Origin: a virus
Taxonomy: Duplodnaviria > Caudoviricetes
DNA: 64,000 nt
IMG/VR virus record: IMGVR_UViG_3300028586_000002
Location: 1,345 to 65,344 of that record
Strand: one strand, 5' to 3'
Under the pieces are notes generated by a model. That model was not told where the DNA came from and did no database searches. It saw nothing but the letters and a program-made list of their open reading frames with translations. A program made the translations under genes and the position numbers. Positions 1-9,313 of the stretch are shown piece by piece (position 1 is the first letter of the stretch; every line of letters starts with the position of its first letter).

Positions 1-1
1 C

Positions 2-1576
2 GAAACACTGCTCGCACACGAGGTCGAAAAGGCGACTGGCTACAAGCCGGACAAGCCTGAAGTGAAAACGTTCTCGTTCAAATACGAGCCGCCGAAGTTC
101 ATCAAGTTCAAAACGCCGCTGCTCCAGAACGCGCTCAAAGTGGTCATGGATACGCGCTTTTTCGTCAGCGGTGAACCTGACCCGCCGAACGCGAAGAAGG
201 GTAAAAAGAACTTCGGCGTCGTGCGCCTGCCGCAAACGATCAAGGATCTGAACGCAGATCTGCGCATTGGCTTCACCGACTACAAGCTCGGCATCGGTGG
301 CCTGCACTCGCAAGAGAAGCGCCGGTCGTACATGGCCGACGAAGACAACCTGATCGAAGATCGCGACGTGCGCGCCTACTACCCGCGCATCATGCTCGGC
401 TCGGGCTATGCGCCGGTTGCCGTGGGCAAGCAGTTCGTACCGATTTTCCAGCGCTTCGTGGATCTGCGCGACGTGTACAAGGCGCAAGCGGCAAAGCTGA
501 AGGACGAAGGCTTCATGGAGAAATCCATGGTCTACAAAAAGCGCTCCGACACCTTCAAGATTGTGAACAACGGGCTGTACGGAAAGCTCGGCTCACCATT
601 CTCCATCGTCTATGCGCCGCAGATGATGATCTCGACCACCATGACCGGCCAGTTCTCGCTGCTGATGCTGATCGAGGAACTGGAACTGAACGGCTTCAAT
701 GTGATCTCGGCCAACACGGATGGCATTGTCACCGTGATCCCGCGCGAGCGATACGGCATGTTCGCCAGCATCGTGTTTGATTGGGAAATGGCGACATCGT
801 TCTCGACCGAAGCCGTGCGCTACCTCGGCGTGTACAACCGCGACGTGAACAGCTATCTCGCCGTGGTCGAAGACGAGAAGGAGCCGGGCCAGATCAAGAT
901 GGTGAAGGGTGCGCCCGAGGTGAAGCGCAAGGGTCTGTTTGCGAAGGCCGGTTTGCAAGCCAAGCACGATCCGACTTTTGATATTTGCTCGACGGCCGTG
1001 ATCGAATACCTGCTCCATGGCACCGACATCGAATCGACGATCTACGACTGCGAAGACATCACGCAGTTCCTCGGCGTCAAACAGGTGGGCCTGGTCTCGA
1101 TGGGTGACGGCACGAAGAAGGGCGGCGGCTTCGACAGCCACGGCAACTATCTCGGCAAGATGGTGCGCTGGTACTACGGCGAGGGCGAGCGCGGCTTCAT
1201 CGCGAAGGCGAACGGCTCGCGCGTGGCCGGCACAACCGGCGCCGTGCCGTGCATGGATCTGCCCGACGAATTCCCGGACGACCTGGATTATCAGTGGTAC
1301 GTGCGCGAGGCGTATGCGCGACTCGACGACATCGGCCTGCGCGTGAAGAACCCGAAACTCGATGGCCGGCAAGGCTACCGCGCCGCAGTGCTGCCGAAGC
1401 AGAAAACCGCGCACATCATCGACCTGCAAACAAACCTGTCGCTGTGCGGCAAAGCTGCGAAGAACGTCCGCGAGCCGTGGCAGGAATTGCACCATGTCCC
1501 GCACGACATGCGGTTCTGCAAAGCGTGCCAGGAGGAACGCGGCTACGTGGACAAGGATGACGATGAGGACGATTAA
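2..1576 (+). CDS. DNA polymerase, family B-type (5' partial), with C-terminal Cys/His extension
   Basis: Frame is open from base 2; PolB motifs DVRAYYPRIM (A), KIVNNGLYGKLG (B), SANTDG (C). Confidence 0.9.
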   Translation, partial: ETLLAHEVEKATGYKPDKPEVKTFSFKYEPPKFIKFKTPLLQNALKVVMDTRFFVSGEPDPPNAKKGKKNFGVVRLPQTIKDLNADLRIGFTDYKLGIGGLHSQEKRRSYMADEDNLIEDRDVRAYYPRIMLGSGYAPVAVGKQFVPIFQRFVDLRDVYKAQAAKLKDEGFMEKSMVYKKRSDTFKIVNNGLYGKLGSPFSIVYAPQMMISTTMTGQFSLLMLIEELELNGFNVISANTDGIVTVIPRERYGMFASIVFDWEMATSFSTEAVRYLGVYNRDVNSYLAVVEDEKEPGQIKMVKGAPEVKRKGLFAKAGLQAKHDPTFDICSTAVIEYLLHGTDIESTIYDCEDITQFLGVKQVGLVSMGDGTKKGGGFDSHGNYLGKMVRWYYGEGERGFIAKANGSRVAGTTGAVPCMDLPDEFPDDLDYQWYVREAYARLDDIGLRVKNPKLDGRQGYRAAVLPKQKTAHIIDLQTNLSLCGKAAKNVREPWQELHHVPHDMRFCKACQEERGYVDKDDDEDD

Positions 1577-1856
1577 AAAGCCGAAGCTGGAAAGCGACAA
1601 CACCAGCAAGGCGTACGAGTATGCGCAGCGGCGCGGCTGGTTCACGTTCAAGGTGGACTCGCCGACGTTCAACGGATTGCCGGATCGCTGCTATATCCGC
1701 CGTGGCCGCGTGGTCTGGATCGAGTGGAAGCGGCCGGGGCGTGGCGAGGCCGGTTTGTCGGAGATCCAGGTGATTCGCATCGGTGAAATGCGCGAGCATG
1801 GCGCCGAGGTGTACGTGCTGGACAACATGCAGGAATTTATGGAGTTGATGCGATGA
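1563..1856 (+). CDS. VRR-NUC domain nuclease
   Basis: GWFTFKV...GLPDR...WIEWKRPG...LSEIQ PD-(D/E)xK pattern; start chosen from AAGGA RBS. Confidence 0.88.
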   Translation: MRTIKKPKLESDNTSKAYEYAQRRGWFTFKVDSPTFNGLPDRCYIRRGRVVWIEWKRPGRGEAGLSEIQVIRIGEMREHGAEVYVLDNMQEFMELMR

Positions 1857-3652
1857 CGAAACTGATTGCGAGCGAGATCGCCGCTTGGTTGAAAGGGAAG
1901 TTTAGCGAAGTTCAACTGGTACGCGAGCAGATGCACGGCTACCAGCAAACCGGCCTGGACTTCATGAAGAAGAATCCGTTCTCGGCACTGTTCATCGACA
2001 TGGGCCTCGGCAAGACGGTCACGTCGGCGACGCTGATCGCGGATCTGCTGGCGGATCTCGATTTCGAGGGCAAGGTGCTCATCATCGGCCCGCTCCGCGT
2101 GGCGACGCGCACCTGGCCGGACGAATTCAGGAAGTGGAAGCACCTCGCGCACCTGAACCTGTCCGTGATCCACGTCGACGATGACGATCCGCGCCTCAAG
2201 GAAGCCGCAAGGCGGGGCCGTGAAGCCGGTCGAGCGGGCTGCACAGGTCTGTTCCAGTCCGAGCGTGCGAAAGCGGCGCAGCAGGGCGCTACGCGCGCCG
2301 TGGCGGCAGAACGAGAGAAGATCCGCGTCGAGGCGACGCTGAACAGCGCTTCGGTTCACGTCATTAGCGCGGATTGGCTCGAATGGCTCGTCGCGTACTG
2401 GCACCCGCAGACTGGCCGCAAGTGGCCGTATCGCGTCGTGTTCATCGACGAGTCGAGCGGATTCAAGGATCACAATTCCGGCCGCTTCAAAGCGTTGCAA
2501 GCTGTGCGCGACACGCCGGGCGCCATCACGCGGATGCACCTGCTCACCGCGACGCCGGCAGCAGAGAGCTACATCGGCCTGTTCCCGCAGATCTATTTGT
2601 TGGATCGCGGCGCTCGTCTCGGCCGCAACATCACCGCATACCGCGACCGCTACTTCAAAGAGAACAAGTACAGCCGCAAATGGGTACTCCAAACTGACGC
2701 CGAGAAGCAAATCGTCGCGAAGATCTCGGACATTTGCCTGGTCATGAAAGAGCGCGATTACTTGCCCCGCGAAGAACCGCTGTTCGTTACCCGTTACGTC
2801 GACATGAACCAGGCGCAGCGCACGCTTTACATGACGATGGCCGAGAAGATGGTCGTCACGCTCGACGATGGCAGCAAGATCACTGCCGACACCGCTGCAT
2901 CCTTGTCTGCGAAGCTGTTGCAAATGGCGTCCGGCGTGCTGTACGAGACGCAACTGCTGCCGGGGCAAACGGACGATGACGATCATGTGAAGATCAAGAA
3001 AGTCCACAATATCCACACGCACAAGCTGGAGGAACTGGATCAGATCATCGCCGAGGCGCAGGGCAAGTCGATCCTGGTCGGCTACCACCACCGCGCATCG
3101 AAGGATCGGTTGAAGCAGCGCTACGGCGAAAAGATCACCTTTATGGACTCGGACGGCAAGTGCGTCAAGCCGTGGAACAGCGGGAAGATCCCGATCCTCG
3201 CGATGCACCCGCAGTCGGGCGGTCACGGTCTGAACTTGCAAGCCGGTGGTCACATCATCGTGTGGTACGACATTCCGTGGTCGCTCGAACTGTACCTGCA
3301 ATTCATCGGGCGCCTGGCCCGGCAAGGCCAGAAATACCGCGTGACTGTTTTCCTGCTGGTGTGCCGTGGCACGCTCGACGAAACGGTCACGGCGGCGCTG
3401 ACGGCGAAGGAGGATGCGCAGGACATTCTGTTCCGCCTGCTCAAGCGCATGCGCAAGAAACTGCGCAAGTTGCTGAAGGACCGCAAGGCTTCGGCGCCAG
3501 GCGATGCGGCGTGGGATGAGGTGGTCGAGATCCTGACCGACAGCAGCGCCGTGTCGGACGACGAGGATGACGACGAACCGCAGCACTGCCCGAACTGCGG
3601 CGACATCGGCGGTCCATGCGGTCCAGGCTCGGACTGCTACGACGAACTTTAA
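1853..3652 (+). CDS. SNF2-family superfamily II helicase
   Basis: DMGLGKT (I), FIDESS (II), LLTATP (III), GGHGLNLQ (V), QFIGRLARQGQ (VI). Confidence 0.93.
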   Translation: MTKLIASEIAAWLKGKFSEVQLVREQMHGYQQTGLDFMKKNPFSALFIDMGLGKTVTSATLIADLLADLDFEGKVLIIGPLRVATRTWPDEFRKWKHLAHLNLSVIHVDDDDPRLKEAARRGREAGRAGCTGLFQSERAKAAQQGATRAVAAEREKIRVEATLNSASVHVISADWLEWLVAYWHPQTGRKWPYRVVFIDESSGFKDHNSGRFKALQAVRDTPGAITRMHLLTATPAAESYIGLFPQIYLLDRGARLGRNITAYRDRYFKENKYSRKWVLQTDAEKQIVAKISDICLVMKERDYLPREEPLFVTRYVDMNQAQRTLYMTMAEKMVVTLDDGSKITADTAASLSAKLLQMASGVLYETQLLPGQTDDDDHVKIKKVHNIHTHKLEELDQIIAEAQGKSILVGYHHRASKDRLKQRYGEKITFMDSDGKCVKPWNSGKIPILAMHPQSGGHGLNLQAGGHIIVWYDIPWSLELYLQFIGRLARQGQKYRVTVFLLVCRGTLDETVTAALTAKEDAQDILFRLLKRMRKKLRKLLKDRKASAPGDAAWDEVVEILTDSSAVSDDEDDDEPQHCPNCGDIGGPCGPGSDCYDEL

Positions 3653-3663
3653 TGGAAATCGAA

Positions 3664-4401
3664 ATGAAAAGAATTGAATTGCTGTTCGGTGACTGTTTAG
3701 ACCGCATGCGCGAAATACCCGACGGCAGTGTTAATCTGATTTTGTGCGATCTGCCGTACGGCACTACCGCATGCAAGTGGGATAGTGTGATTCCGTTCGA
3801 GGCGATGTGGGAGCACTATTGTCGGGTGTTGAAAAAAGGATCGGCAGTTGTTCTAACAGCGGTGCAGCCTTTTACTGCTGCGCTCGTGATGAGTAATCCG
3901 CGAATGTTCAAGCATGAGTGGATATGGCATAAATCCAAAAGCGGTAGTGCGTTCACTGCCAAGTTCCGACCGCTCGCAAAGCACGAAAGCGTGCTGGTGT
4001 TTGGCGATGGTCGCGTGACGTACAACCCGCAGATGCGCCCCGGTGAACCATATCGCAGAAAGCGAGGTGCCCACGGTACAAACAACCACGCTGTCGGTCT
4101 CGGGCGTGTCGAGATTGAATCCGTGAACGACGGCGTTCGGCACCCTGAAACTGTGATTCCCTTTCAACAAAAGTGGCGTCGTCAGGATCAAGTTCACCCT
4201 ACACAGAAGCCTGTAGCCCTCATGGAGTACTTGGTGCGAACTTATTCGAACAGAGGTGAAACGGTGCTGGATAACTGCATGGGTAGCGGTACTACCGGCG
4301 TGGCATGCGTGAACACCGGGCGCAGATTTATCGGAATCGAGAATCACGAGCCCTACTTCGATGTCGCGCGCCAACGCATCGCCGAGGCCGACGAACTTTG
4401 A
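3664..4401 (+). CDS. DNA N6-adenine/N4-cytosine methyltransferase, beta class (alternative start 3652)
   Basis: CDLPYG catalytic motif precedes HPTQKP and VLDNCMGSGTT SAM-binding motif. Confidence 0.92.
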   Translation: MKRIELLFGDCLDRMREIPDGSVNLILCDLPYGTTACKWDSVIPFEAMWEHYCRVLKKGSAVVLTAVQPFTAALVMSNPRMFKHEWIWHKSKSGSAFTAKFRPLAKHESVLVFGDGRVTYNPQMRPGEPYRRKRGAHGTNNHAVGLGRVEIESVNDGVRHPETVIPFQQKWRRQDQVHPTQKPVALMEYLVRTYSNRGETVLDNCMGSGTTGVACVNTGRRFIGIENHEPYFDVARQRIAEADEL

Positions 4402-4466
4402 CAGGCCGGGGATTTTGACGATCCTCGTGTAGTATCCCGAACTATTCAATGGATAGCGCGGGAAAC

Positions 4467-4682
4467 ATGAACGAATTGCAAACACTTCTGGACTTCGAGG
4501 CCATGATTGGTCTCGATCCTCCGCAGGCATGCCAGGTCATCGGCATCGCCTATTCCACCTATGCGGCGTATCGCAATTGCAGTCGCCCGCTTCAGCAATA
4601 CCACCAGAACCACATCGAGGTCATCGGCCGATTGCCGCGCCGCGCCCTCGCGCAACTTATCAACGAGCGAATCAATGGTTAA
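4467..4682 (+). CDS. Small HTH DNA-binding protein
   Basis: QACQVIGIAYSTYAAYRN resembles an XRE-type HTH; GGAAA RBS before ATG 4467. Confidence 0.6.
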   Translation: MNELQTLLDFEAMIGLDPPQACQVIGIAYSTYAAYRNCSRPLQQYHQNHIEVIGRLPRRALAQLINERING

Positions 4683-5271
4683 ACGAACAGACCAAACCGA
4701 CGACATCACGAAAGCCATCCTTTACGACGGCGCCAACCTGTCGCAACTCACGAACCTCTTCCGCGTGGATCACCGCGTCCTCGTCGAGAAGCTGGCGAAG
4801 GGTGGCTGCAAACCGTGCGGCACGCGCAACGGCGTCGACATCTTCGCGGTGCATGAGGTGGCGCCGTACATCGTGCGACCGGCGTACGAGATCGAGGAAT
4901 ACATCAAGCGGATGCACCACAACGATCTGCCGAAGAACGTCACCAAAGAGTTTTGGGCTGGCCTGCGCTCCCGCCAGGAGTACGAGCAGCGCGAGGGCAA
5001 CTTGTGGCAAACATCGCGCGTGGTCGAGGTCATGGGCGGCGTGATGAAGCTGATTAAGATGAGCGCGCGGCTGATGGTCGATCAGGTGGATCGTCAGGCC
5101 GAACTGACCGACCGCCAGCGGCAGATCGTGAAGTCGCAGTGCGACGGCATGCTGGAAGAGGCGTACCGCACCATCGTCGAATCGTTTGCGACGCAGCCGA
5201 CGAACGTGGAAGTGATCGAGCAGTCCGAGTTGATGGTTGCAGCAGTCCGGGAGGATGACGATGAAATTTAA
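4675..5271 (+). CDS. Terminase small subunit (DUF1441-like)
   Basis: Directly upstream of terL; N-terminal HTH-like ANLSQLTNLFRVDHRVL followed by helical region. Confidence 0.82.
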   Translation: MVKRTDQTDDITKAILYDGANLSQLTNLFRVDHRVLVEKLAKGGCKPCGTRNGVDIFAVHEVAPYIVRPAYEIEEYIKRMHHNDLPKNVTKEFWAGLRSRQEYEQREGNLWQTSRVVEVMGGVMKLIKMSARLMVDQVDRQAELTDRQRQIVKSQCDGMLEEAYRTIVESFATQPTNVEVIEQSELMVAAVREDDDEI

Positions 5272-7327
5272 TTCGGTAGAACAGATCGCGCTCGCGTGCG
5301 CGGAAATGCTGCGCCCACCGGAACGCACCACCGTGGCCGAGGCATCGAGCAAGTACCGTATCGTGAACAGTCCCGGCGCGTACGTCGGCCCATGGTTCAA
5401 TGCGACGACGCCGTACATGGTCGAGCCGATGAACGTGTTCGCGTCGACCGATTACACCGGCATGATCTTCGTCGGGCCAGCGCAGTCGGCGAAGACGGAC
5501 GGCCTGGTCATCAACACGACGCTGTACTCGATCAAGATCGACCCGATGGATATGATGATCGTTTGCCCCACCAACACGGCGGCGCGCGACTTCTCCATGC
5601 GACGGATCGACCGCCTGAACCGCTACTCGCCCGAGATCGGCAAGATGCTGTTGCCGGGCGCGGACAACGACAACAAGTTCGACAAGCTGTACAACACCGG
5701 CATGATGCTGTCGTTGTCCTGGCCGACGCCGACCGAACTGGCAGGTAAGCCAATCGGCCGCGTGGTGCTGACCGACCGCGACCGCATGCCCGATGACGTG
5801 GATGGCGACGGTGAGCCGTTCGACCTGGCCTACAAGCGCACCACCACGTTCGGCTCGAACGCGATGTGCGTGGCCGAGTCGTCACCATCGCGCGAGGTGA
5901 AGGACATGAAGTGGGTCGCGCGCACGCCGCACGAGGCGCCGCCATGCGACGGCATCATCGGCCTGTACAACCGTGGCGACCGTCGCCGCTGGTACTGGCC
6001 CTGTCCGCACTGCGATCACTACTTCGAGGGTCGCTTTGAAATGCTGAAGTACAGGCGCGATCCGGGCATGTCGAATCTCGATGCAGCCGATACCGTTCAC
6101 ATGGAATGTCCGAAATGTTTCGAGCCGATTCACCCCGATGACCGCTACGAAATGAACCTTTGGGGAACATGGGTCAAGGATGGTGAAGCCATCGACGAGC
6201 GCGGCAAGAAATTCGGCAACGGCATCCGCACGCTGATCGCATCGTTCTGGCTGCGCGGCGTGGCCGCAGCGTTCGTGTCGTGGAAGAAGCTGGTCGTGAT
6301 GTACCTGGATGCGGTCGACGACTTCGAGCGCACGAAGACGGAAGAGTCGCTGAAAAAGTTCTACAACAATGACTTGGGCGAGCCTTACTACAGCCGCGCG
6401 CGTGCCGAGATCCGCCTGCCGGAAGACCTGAAGGCCGGCGCCGAAGCGAGCCTCGGCAAGCATGTCGTGCCGCTCGGCGTGCGCTTCCTCGTCGCCACGG
6501 TCGACGTGGGTACGCGCAACTTCTCCGTGCAGGTCACAGGCATCATGCCTGGTGCGCCATTCGATATGGTGATGATCGACCGCTTCGACATCGAGATCTC
6601 CAAGCGCACCGACCCGGATACCGGCGCAGCGCTGTCGGTGCGGCCTTCCGTCTACGCCGAGGATTGGGATCTGCTGATCGAGCAGGTGATGGACCGCGAG
6701 TACCCACTGGACGACGATTCTGGCCGGCTCATGTCGATCAAGCTGGTCGGCTGCGACTCGGCAGGTGAGGGTGGCGTCACCACCAGGGCATACGAGTTCT
6801 GGCGCCGCCTGGTGAAGCTGAACCGCCAGCATCGCTTCGTGCTGACGAAGGGTGACGGCAAGCCGGGCCAGCCGCGCACGCAGGTTCACTACCCGGACAG
6901 CAACCGCAAGGACACGAAGGCCGGCGCGCGCGGCGACATTCCGGTCCTGTTCTTCAACCCGACGATCCTGAAGGACGACCTGGATTCGCGCCTGGAGTGC
7001 ATCGAGCCGGGCAAGGGTATGTTCCGCATGCCGGCGTGGTTGCCGATGCAGGTCTACGTCGAGTTGTGCGCCGAGACGCGCACGCCGAAAGGGTGGGAAC
7101 ACAACGGCAGCGTGCGAAACGAAACATGGGACTTGTCCTACTACGCTATCGGCCTGTGCGTGTCGCGGTACTGCCGCATCGAGACCCTGGACTGGATGAA
7201 CCCGCCGCCATGGGCAGGCGAGTGGGACGTGAACGATTTTGTGCGGACACCCGAGCAGGAGAAGCCCTATGGGAATACTGTAAAATCGTCGATGAATTTT
7301 GCCGACATGGCGAAGGCCATGGCCTAA
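5261..7327 (+). CDS. Terminase large subunit, lambda gpA family (cos-type)
   Basis: Walker A-like GPAQSAKT, LTDRDR, ESSP coupling motif, CPHC/CPKC, nuclease VDVG; GGAGG RBS. Confidence 0.95.
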   Translation: MKFNSVEQIALACAEMLRPPERTTVAEASSKYRIVNSPGAYVGPWFNATTPYMVEPMNVFASTDYTGMIFVGPAQSAKTDGLVINTTLYSIKIDPMDMMIVCPTNTAARDFSMRRIDRLNRYSPEIGKMLLPGADNDNKFDKLYNTGMMLSLSWPTPTELAGKPIGRVVLTDRDRMPDDVDGDGEPFDLAYKRTTTFGSNAMCVAESSPSREVKDMKWVARTPHEAPPCDGIIGLYNRGDRRRWYWPCPHCDHYFEGRFEMLKYRRDPGMSNLDAADTVHMECPKCFEPIHPDDRYEMNLWGTWVKDGEAIDERGKKFGNGIRTLIASFWLRGVAAAFVSWKKLVVMYLDAVDDFERTKTEESLKKFYNNDLGEPYYSRARAEIRLPEDLKAGAEASLGKHVVPLGVRFLVATVDVGTRNFSVQVTGIMPGAPFDMVMIDRFDIEISKRTDPDTGAALSVRPSVYAEDWDLLIEQVMDREYPLDDDSGRLMSIKLVGCDSAGEGGVTTRAYEFWRRLVKLNRQHRFVLTKGDGKPGQPRTQVHYPDSNRKDTKAGARGDIPVLFFNPTILKDDLDSRLECIEPGKGMFRMPAWLPMQVYVELCAETRTPKGWEHNGSVRNETWDLSYYAIGLCVSRYCRIETLDWMNPPPWAGEWDVNDFVRTPEQEKPYGNTVKSSMNFADMAKAMA

Positions 7328-7343
7328 CAACGAGGAACCCGAA

Positions 7344-7607
7344 ATGATCCCATCCTGCCTTACCCTTGACCCTGCGAAGCGCGCTCTGCTCGTCGCGCAA
7401 CTGGCGGAAGCCGAAGCCGCGTATCACACGCTCCAACTCGGCACCGCTGCCCGCGTCGTCGTCGACCAGAACGGCGAGCGCGTCGAATTTATGTCGTCGA
7501 ACAAAGGCAATTTGTACAACTACATCATCAGCCTGAAGGCGCAACTCGGCATGTTCTCCGCAGCCTGCGGTGGCCGTCCGCTCGGCCCTGCCGGCTTCGT
7601 GTTCTAA
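7344..7607 (+). CDS. Head-to-tail joining protein (gpW-like)
   Basis: AEAAYHTLQLG...DQNGERVEF...LYNYIISL; located between terL and portal. Confidence 0.85.
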   Translation: MIPSCLTLDPAKRALLVAQLAEAEAAYHTLQLGTAARVVVDQNGERVEFMSSNKGNLYNYIISLKAQLGMFSAACGGRPLGPAGFVF

Positions 7608-7609
7608 CC

Positions 7610-9313
7610 ATGGCCGGCCCACGCAAAGGCAAGTCGGTCGCCGCAAGTACCGACGTAATCGACATGGCATCGCAGCAGGTCATCGTGTCCAGGCCAGGTG
7701 AATCAGCATTGGGCGGTGGTCTGGAAGGAGCCGACCGCACCAGCCGCGAAACGATGTCGTGGACGCCGCCGATTGTTTCACCGGATATGCAGATCAACGG
7801 CCGCAAGGAAATGGCCGATGCGCGCTCGCGCGACTCGGTGCAGAACGACGGCCTGATGATGGGCGCGCTGCACACGCACCGCGACAGCATTGTCGGCGCC
7901 AACTACCGCTTGATCTGCACGCCTAATTTCGGCGTACTCGGCCCGCGTTTCACTGAAGAGTGGGCTGACGAATTTGCCGAACATATCGAGGCCCGCTTCA
8001 ACCTCCTGGCCGACTCGACCGAGCATTACTTCGACGCCAGCGGCGACATGACGCTGACCGAAATGGTGCGCCTGGCAATCGGCGGCAAGCTGATGACCGG
8101 CGAGGTGCTGGCGACGGCCGAGTGGCTGGATGGCATGCGCGACCGCCCGTTCAACACCGCGATCCAGATGGTATCGCCGACCCGCCTCTCGAACCCTGAC
8201 GGCGGCATGGACACGACCACTCTGCGACGCGGCGTGGAACTCGACACGCATGGCCGGTCCATCGCGTACCACATTCGCAGCGGTCATCCTGGCGACTTCT
8301 ACATGGGCCAGGTGTGGCCGTTGTGGAAGCGCATCGCAGCGCGTAAGCCGTGGGGCCGGCGCCAGGTCATCCACATCGCCGAACGCCTGCAACCGGACCA
8401 GACCCGAGGGATCGCCGACATGGTGTCGGTCCTGAAGGAAATGCGGATGACGAAGAAGTTCAAGGAGATCACGCTGCAAAGCGCGGTTGTGAACGCCACG
8501 TACGCCGCCGCTGTCGAATCCGAACTGCCGACCGAGGCGATCTTTCAATCCATGGGCGCGGGCGGCGCCGGCTTCGGCGGGATGCTGCGCGAGTACATGG
8601 GCGCACTGACCGAGTACGTCGGTTCCGCCGACAACATCGCCATCGACGGCGTGAAGATGCCGCACCTGTTCCCTGGCACGAAGCTGTCGCTCAAGCCGGC
8701 AGGCACGCCAGGCGGCGTCGGCACTGCGTTCGAGGAATCGCTGCTGCGGAACATCGCCGCGCCGCTCGGTCTGAACTATGAGCAGTTCAGCAAGGATTAC
8801 ACGAAGACCAACTACTCCAGCGCTCGCGCCAGCATGGCCGAAACCTGGAAGTTCATGCAGTCGCGCAAAAAGATCGTGGCCGACAAGTTCGCGTCGATGA
8901 TTTTCGTGCTTTGGCTCGAAGAGGAAATCGGCTACTACGCCGACCCGATGCCGCTGCCGCCTGGTGTCACCCGCCGCGAGTTCCAGAAGATGTTCTACAA
9001 CCCGGTGATGCGCGAGGCGATCTGTTCGGCGCAGTGGATCGGCGCGTCGCGCGGTCAGATCGACGAGGTGAAGGAAACGCAAGCCGCCATCATGCGAATC
9101 GGTGCAGGTATGTCGAGCCTCCAGGCCGAAACCGCTCGCCTCGGCGACGACTATCGCGTGGTGCTGCGACAACAGGCTCGCGAGAAAAAGCTGAAGGAAA
9201 AGTTGGGCCTGGACTTTAGCAATGAAGCGACCAAGCCTGGCGCAAACGACCGTCAGCAGACAATGAAGGATAATGCTGACGACGAAGACCAACAGGAGAA
9301 GAAAGATGAGTGA
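7610..9313 (+). CDS. Portal protein, lambda family
   Basis: ARSRDSVQND, RGVELDTHGR..AYH, QTRG, NYSSARAS, W....RGQIDEVKE motifs. Confidence 0.95.
   Translation: MAGPRKGKSVAASTDVIDMASQQVIVSRPGESALGGGLEGADRTSRETMSWTPPIVSPDMQINGRKEMADARSRDSVQNDGLMMGALHTHRDSIVGANYRLICTPNFGVLGPRFTEEWADEFAEHIEARFNLLADSTEHYFDASGDMTLTEMVRLAIGGKLMTGEVLATAEWLDGMRDRPFNTAIQMVSPTRLSNPDGGMDTTTLRRGVELDTHGRSIAYHIRSGHPGDFYMGQVWPLWKRIAARKPWGRRQVIHIAERLQPDQTRGIADMVSVLKEMRMTKKFKEITLQSAVVNATYAAAVESELPTEAIFQSMGAGGAGFGGMLREYMGALTEYVGSADNIAIDGVKMPHLFPGTKLSLKPAGTPGGVGTAFEESLLRNIAAPLGLNYEQFSKDYTKTNYSSARASMAETWKFMQSRKKIVADKFASMIFVLWLEEEIGYYADPMPLPPGVTRREFQKMFYNPVMREAICSAQWIGASRGQIDEVKETQAAIMRIGAGMSSLQAETARLGDDYRVVLRQQAREKKLKEKLGLDFSNEATKPGANDRQQTMKDNADDEDQQEKKDE

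Noticed and set aside
4398-4448. Late promoter upstream of the HTH/terminase operon (TTGACA/TTGACG and TAGTAT present)
   Set aside because: Spacings are 9 or 26 bp, not 16-18, so a sigma70 promoter is unsupported
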